The position numbers and the translations under genes were made by a program. A stretch of DNA of 64,000 bases from an uncultured delta proteobacterium (GTDB taxonomy: Bacteria > Myxococcota > Myxococcia > Myxococcales > Myxococcaceae): assembly GCA_963796055.1 (NCBI GenBank), contig CAWCKH010000004.1, forward strand, positions 1,568,001 through 1,632,000. The letters run 5' to 3'. The notes under the pieces were generated by a model, which had not been told where the DNA came from, did no database searches, and saw nothing but the letters and a program-made list of their open reading frames with translations. Below are positions 59,107 to 64,000 of the stretch, in pieces. The number at the start of each line of letters is the position of its first letter. The stretch's first letter is position 1.

Positions 59107-61548
59107 TCATTCCTTCTTGCCCGAGCGCGAGGTCCCGTCCGACGTTCCCCGGCCGGCGAGCAGCTCCGGCACGGACGCGGGCATCGACGCCAGGTGCACC
59201 TCGTTCTGGGGGTAGTCGATGCCGGCCTCGCCCAGGACCCGACTGATCGCGGTGCGCAGCTCGCTCGCCACCCGGTCACGGATCTCCTCCGGCGTCCATA
59301 TCTGAAGCTGGAAGTTCAGCGCGCTGTTCCCGAAGCCGGCGAAGAGCGCGAGCGGCTCGGGAGCTTTCAGCACCTCGGGATGCGTCCCGGCGACCTGGAG
59401 CAGCAGCTCCTGGACGCGCTCGGCCGAGGTCCCCTCGGCAACGCTCACGTTGATGTCGGTCCGGCGCCGTTTATCGGAGAGCGTCCAGTTGGTCACCTCG
59501 TTGGAGATGAGGTGCGCGTTGGGGACCACCACCTCGGAACCCTGCTCGGTGAAGACCGTGCTCGAGCGGATCCCGATCCGCCGCACGATTCCCTCCACCT
59601 CCCCCACCTGGATGACGTCGCCCACCTGCACCGGGCGCTCGTAGAGGAGGATCAGTCCGGACACGAAGTTGTTGACCACGTCCTGAAGACCGAAGCCGAT
59701 GCCCACCCCGAGGGTGCCGACGAGGACCGTGAGGCGGGTCAGCTCCGTCCCCGAGGCGAGAACGGCGAGCACCGTGCCCACGGCGATCACGGCGTAGGTC
59801 GCGGTCCGGGCGATGGCGGTGTGCACTCCACGGCCCAGGCCGCGGGTCTTCAGCCCCTCGTCGAGGACGAACCCCACCAGCCGCCCGAGCAGGACCGAAA
59901 TCCACAGGGTGGCGACGAACGCCAGCACGTCGCCGAGCGACAGATCGAGCGAGCCCATGCGAGCGCGCCAGGAGACGACCCGCTGCGCTGTGTCCCAGAG
60001 CGGTGTATCGATGCGGAAGAGCCGGGCGGTGGCAAAGAGCCAGAGCAGGCCGACGGCCCAGCGGAGGTAGCGCGTTCCGCGCGTCTGGAACAGCTCGGCG
60101 TTGCCGGCGATCAGCGGCCTGCGACTCACAGTGGGGTTGCGGAGCACGACGATCAACAGACCCTCGAGGACCTGGAGGACTCCGGAGAGCAGGAGCAGCA
60201 CCGCGCCGCTGTACAGCGTGCCGTTGACCAGCAACCGCGCGAGCGCCACGTTGCCGACGAGATTGGCCACCACCGAGCCGAGGAGAAGGCCCGTCCCGGC
60301 GATCAGCGCCGCCCGGAGGAGCGGCCGCCAGCGCTTCGACGCAATCTCCGCCTCCCAGCCGCGCCGGCGAAGCTCCCCCACCAAAACCGCGGTCGCCGCG
60401 AGACTGACGGCTAGCATGATCGCTCGCCGCAGCAGCGACAGGTCGGGCGCGAGGGTGGAGACGATGTGGATGGCGACGATGAACCCGAGGGCGTAGGCCG
60501 ATCGCCGGGCCCGCGCCGGGATGATGTTTTGCCCTGCGGCGAAGAAGGCCACCAGCATTCCCAGGAGGAGGACCTGGGAGACGATCACCGGGCGGGTCTG
60601 GAGCCAGACCATGGCGACGGTGAGGGTCAGGAGCAAGGCCGCAGCGAGGGGGTGCCGGAGCACGTCGATCGCGGTCGCGATGCTGGGGTCGCTGGCCGTC
60701 TCCGCTTTGAGCCGCGCCCGTCCCCGCCAGAGAACGATGGTGAGGAGCACCAGGAGGCCGGCGAGCACCAGGACTCGCTCGTTGTGGCTCCCGACGAAGT
60801 CCTTCAGTGCGGTGGCATGTTTGCGAAGCGTCTGGAGGATCTGCTGCCGGACCTTCTCCACCTGCGTCGGGCGGGAGAGCAGCTTCCGGAACGGGACACT
60901 CTCCACCTCGAAGAGCTGCTCGGCCTGGAGCGCCTCCGCCTGGGCCACGCTGGCCAGGGCGTCGGCGATGCGCATCCGGGTCGTGGCCACCTGGTTCTGC
61001 GTGGCCAGCAGCTGACCGAGCTGAGTCCGCGCCTGTGTGGTCGTCGCGGTGATGGAGGCGCGCAGCGCGGCGATGCGCTCCAGGACAGGAGGGGGGGCCC
61101 CGTCTTGGCGGGCCTGAGCTTCGGTGAGCGACCAGACCTCGTCCATGCGCTGGAGCTCTTGCCTGTTCTCGTAGACGGCGCGCACGGCGGACTCGAGCCC
61201 GTCCTCCCAGCTGGCGAGGGTATCGTCGGCTCGCTGCAGCACCGGGCGGACGTCGGCCAAGTCCTGCTTCGGCGGCGGTGGGGCCTTTCCGGCCAGTGGA
61301 TCGATGCTCGACACCACTGTGGGGAGCCCCTGCTGGACCTCCTCGATCAGCTGGTCGTCGGCCAGCGGCTTCGCCATCGCCTTGAGGACGCCGTGGGCCT
61401 TCTCGGCGGAGCGGAGGACCTCCGGGAGCAAGATCGCCGCGGGCCCGGCATCGCGCACCTCGGGCACCGAAGCGGGTTCGGGCGCCGGCGACGCAGCTTC
61501 TGGCCCGAGCGGCCACTGGAGCAAGACGGCGAGGAGGACGGTCCGCAT
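59107..61548 (-). CDS. Large MscS-family (MscK-like) mechanosensitive channel
   Basis: N-terminal coiled coil, many TMs, GVGIGFGLQD.VNNFVSGLILL.ERP..VGD, I.IRS, VPN..L...VTNW. Confidence 0.92.
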   Translation of the reverse strand: MRTVLLAVLLQWPLGPEAASPAPEPASVPEVRDAGPAAILLPEVLRSAEKAHGVLKAMAKPLADDQLIEEVQQGLPTVVSSIDPLAGKAPPPPKQDLADVRPVLQRADDTLASWEDGLESAVRAVYENRQELQRMDEVWSLTEAQARQDGAPPPVLERIAALRASITATTTQARTQLGQLLATQNQVATTRMRIADALASVAQAEALQAEQLFEVESVPFRKLLSRPTQVEKVRQQILQTLRKHATALKDFVGSHNERVLVLAGLLVLLTIVLWRGRARLKAETASDPSIATAIDVLRHPLAAALLLTLTVAMVWLQTRPVIVSQVLLLGMLVAFFAAGQNIIPARARRSAYALGFIVAIHIVSTLAPDLSLLRRAIMLAVSLAATAVLVGELRRRGWEAEIASKRWRPLLRAALIAGTGLLLGSVVANLVGNVALARLLVNGTLYSGAVLLLLSGVLQVLEGLLIVVLRNPTVSRRPLIAGNAELFQTRGTRYLRWAVGLLWLFATARLFRIDTPLWDTAQRVVSWRARMGSLDLSLGDVLAFVATLWISVLLGRLVGFVLDEGLKTRGLGRGVHTAIARTATYAVIAVGTVLAVLASGTELTRLTVLVGTLGVGIGFGLQDVVNNFVSGLILLYERPVQVGDVIQVGEVEGIVRRIGIRSSTVFTEQGSEVVVPNAHLISNEVTNWTLSDKRRRTDINVSVAEGTSAERVQELLLQVAGTHPEVLKAPEPLALFAGFGNSALNFQLQIWTPEEIRDRVASELRTAISRVLGEAGIDYPQNEVHLASMPASVPELLAGRGTSDGTSRSGKKE

Positions 61549-61598
61549 TGGCGGCCGAGACTAGCGCGCGCCCTGGAGGGCGCTAGCTGGATGAGCGA

Positions 61599-61997
61599 TC
61601 AGCCCTCGCTCGGGATTGCAGCAGCGGGCGGCGCGACCACCGGGTAGGCCTCGCCGTCGATCAGGCCTGTCTGCAGCGACAGCGGGTCCACCCCCTCGAG
61701 GCAGCCCACGTTCACCCCGTAGAGATCCGGGGCCACGCGCGGGCGGTGGAAGGTGTAGATGCCGCAGACCTTGCAGAAGTAGTGCTTCGCCACCCGGGTG
61801 TTGAACTGGTACAGCGACAGGAACTCCTCGCCGGAGAGCAGCCGGAAGCTCTCTGCGGAGACGCGCGTCATCACCGCCGCCCGGCGCTTGCAGAGCGAGC
61901 AGTTGCACCGCGCCGCGGGCGAGAGCGTCGACCTGACCTCGAACTGAACCCTCCCGCAGTGGCACGCGCCGCGATGGGTCTGCATCTCGCCCTGCAT
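61599..61997 (-). CDS. GFA/CENP-V family protein
   Basis: GACHCG.V.F, CNCS.C, YQFNT..A.HYFC..CGI, VN..CL. Confidence 0.9.
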   Translation of the reverse strand: MQGEMQTHRGACHCGRVQFEVRSTLSPAARCNCSLCKRRAAVMTRVSAESFRLLSGEEFLSLYQFNTRVAKHYFCKVCGIYTFHRPRVAPDLYGVNVGCLEGVDPLSLQTGLIDGEAYPVVAPPAAAIPSEG

Positions 61998-62106
61998 GGA
62001 AGCCTCCGCGTTTGTCGCCGCACCTCTGCGGGCGCCGCGCATCTTCGGGTCGTCGTCGCGACGAGTCCACCGACACGGAGACCAGACCCCCCGAGGCCAG
62101 CAGCAG

Positions 62107-62718
62107 TCAGCTCGGAGACCACCCGGCGAGCGTCTCGACGATGCGCGCCGCGCCGAGGTCGGCCGGCACCGGTGCGCGCAGGCGGTTCACCCAGGTGACG
62201 GCGAATCCCTGCAGCAGCGCGCCCCGGGCGTCGAACGGCGAGCCTGCGACGTAGGCGACCTCGGCCGGTTCCGAACCGAGACGCTCACAGGCGAGCCGGT
62301 AGGGCGCAGGGTCGGGCTTGTAGGCGCCGGCGGCCTCGGCGGTCACCACGGCGCTGAAGGGCACGCCCACGCAGCCGGCCGCGCGCCGCCCCAGCGGCTC
62401 GGAGCAGTTGGTCACCGCCGCGGTCGGCAGGGGGAGCGAGCCGAGCACCGGCCTCACGTCGGACCACGGACGCAGCGTGTCCCAGCGCCGCTCGAGCCTC
62501 ATCGCGGCTTCTGGCAGCAGGCCCACCGACTCCGCGGCCTCGGCCACCAGATCCAGGTACGGACGGTAGGTGCCCGCCGTCGAGGTGAGCGCGAGGTAAC
62601 GCTGCCTCCAGGGCCGGCCGAGCGCCCCGGCGCCCAGCTCCTCCGCCACCGCGTCCCAGACCGACCAGCTGTCGAGCAGCGCCGAGAGCAGGTCGAAGCA
62701 GACGGCGCGCACGCTCAC
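62107..62718 (-). CDS. HAD-superfamily hydrolase (haloacid dehalogenase-like)
   Basis: FDLLSALLDSW, VTN, YKP.P..Y, AGS.FD..GA, WVNR; GTGA overlap with the ABC gene. Confidence 0.85.
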   Translation of the reverse strand: MSVRAVCFDLLSALLDSWSVWDAVAEELGAGALGRPWRQRYLALTSTAGTYRPYLDLVAEAAESVGLLPEAAMRLERRWDTLRPWSDVRPVLGSLPLPTAAVTNCSEPLGRRAAGCVGVPFSAVVTAEAAGAYKPDPAPYRLACERLGSEPAEVAYVAGSPFDARGALLQGFAVTWVNRLRAPVPADLGAARIVETLAGWSPS

Positions 62719-64000
62719 TGGTAGCCCTTGGCCTGCAGGGTGAAGAGGTGGGCGTACCGGCCATCGAGCGCCATCAGCTCCTCGTGCGTGCCCTGCTCGA
62801 CGATCCGGCCCTGCTCGATGACCACGATCCGATCCGCCAGGCGCACCGTGGAGAACCGGTGCGAGATCAGGAGGGTGGTGCGCCCGCGCGCGAGCTGGCG
62901 GAAGCGCTCGAAGATGGCGTGCTCGGCCTCGGCGTCGAGCGCGGCGGTCGGCTCGTCGAGGACCAGGATGTCCGCCTCCTCGCGCATGAAGGCCCGGGCG
63001 AGCGCCACCTTCTGCCACTGGCCGCCCGAGAGCTCGGTGCCGTCCTTGAACCAGCGCCCGAGCGGCGTCTCCAGCCCGGCCGGCAGCGTCCGCAGCACCT
63101 CGTCCGCTCCGCCCCGGCCGACCGCGCGCTCGAGCCGCTCCGCGTCCTCGGCGTGCTCGACGCTGCCGAACCCGACGTTCTCGCGGAACCGGAACTGGTA
63201 CTGGTTGAAGTCCTGGAAGATGACGCCGATGCGCCGGCGGAGCGTCTCCTCGTCCCAGGTGCGCAGGTCCCGGCCGTCGAGGAGGATGCGGCCCTCGGTG
63301 GGCTCGTACAGCCGGGTCAGCAGCTTGATGAAGGTGGTCTTCCCCGCGCCGTTCTGCCCGACCAGCGCCAGGCTCTGCCCGCGGGGGATGAAGAGCGACA
63401 CGTTCCGCAGCGCCCAGCCCTCGGCGCCCGGGTAGCGGAAGCCCACGTCTTCGAAGCGAACGCCCTCTTCCTGCCCGGAAGGAAGCGCGGCGAGCTCGGG
63501 CGGAGGCGCCGGACGCCCGGTGGGGATGGCCAGGTACTCGAAGAGGTTCGACATGTAGAGGTTGTCCTCGTACATGCCGCCGATCGCGGTGAGGATGCTC
63601 TGGAACGCCTGCTGCCCCTGCCGGAAGGCGACGATGTAGAGCGTCATCAGGCCCAGGGTCAGCCGGCCCGCCGCGGTGGCCACCGCCATGAGCGCGTAGC
63701 AGACGTAGAAGGCGCCGGTGCCCACCAGGCCCAGCGCCGTGCCCCACCCGGCGCGCTGCACCGCGAGCTTCCGGTCCTCGAGGAAGAAGCGCTCTCCCAT
63801 CGAGCGGTAGCGGTCCAGCAGCACCGGGCCCAGGCCGAAGAGCTTCACCTCCTTGGCGTGCTCGTCGTTGGCCAGCACGTACTCGAGGTACATGAGCCGC
63901 CGGCTCTCCGGACTGCGCCAGTTGCGGACCCGGAAGGCGAGCGCGCTGAAGCGCATCTCGGCCACCGTCGCAGGGATGGCGGCGACCACCAGCCCGAGCA
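62715..64000 (-). CDS. ABC exporter (TMD+NBD), N-terminus outside the window
   Basis: GQNGAGKT, LSGGQWQ, VLDEPT, ISHR, preceded by TM helices. Confidence 0.93.
   Translation of the reverse strand, partial: LGLVVAAIPATVAEMRFSALAFRVRNWRSPESRRLMYLEYVLANDEHAKEVKLFGLGPVLLDRYRSMGERFFLEDRKLAVQRAGWGTALGLVGTGAFYVCYALMAVATAAGRLTLGLMTLYIVAFRQGQQAFQSILTAIGGMYEDNLYMSNLFEYLAIPTGRPAPPPELAALPSGQEEGVRFEDVGFRYPGAEGWALRNVSLFIPRGQSLALVGQNGAGKTTFIKLLTRLYEPTEGRILLDGRDLRTWDEETLRRRIGVIFQDFNQYQFRFRENVGFGSVEHAEDAERLERAVGRGGADEVLRTLPAGLETPLGRWFKDGTELSGGQWQKVALARAFMREEADILVLDEPTAALDAEAEHAIFERFRQLARGRTTLLISHRFSTVRLADRIVVIEQGRIVEQGTHEELMALDGRYAHLFTLQAKGYQ

Overview
A very GC-rich, densely coding bacterial chromosomal window. 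The gene content (Hanks-type Ser/Thr kinases, a giant TPR protein, a VKOR-DsbA fusion, Cys-rich lipoproteins, an MCP fusion) points to Myxococcota. About 51 CDSs are supportable. They include tamB/tamA/malQ, mpg, an ECF sigma/ZAS anti-sigma/RlmN-like cassette, astA, argC/argB, queC, queF, ddpX, cls, ada, pfkA, ctaA, rtcB, yciH, an isocitrate dehydrogenase-family gene, an MscS-family channel and an ABC exporter. I saw no rRNA, tRNA, CRISPR array, integrase or transposase. Most worth follow-up: (1) a chemoreceptor with no periplasmic sensor but an apparently cytoplasmic family-5 solute-binding domain, next to astA; (2) an intact GH5-like protein that has lost both catalytic glutamates; (3) a divergent RlmN/Cfr-like methyltransferase coupled to an ECF/ZAS pair; (4) a 172-bp rod-like inverted repeat at the end of rtcB; (5) a Fur-box-preceded outer-membrane protein; (6) a +1 frameshifted lipoprotein gene; (7) a recurring TANNNT just upstream of SD-less start codons. 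All family calls come from motif recognition by eye; no searches were run.
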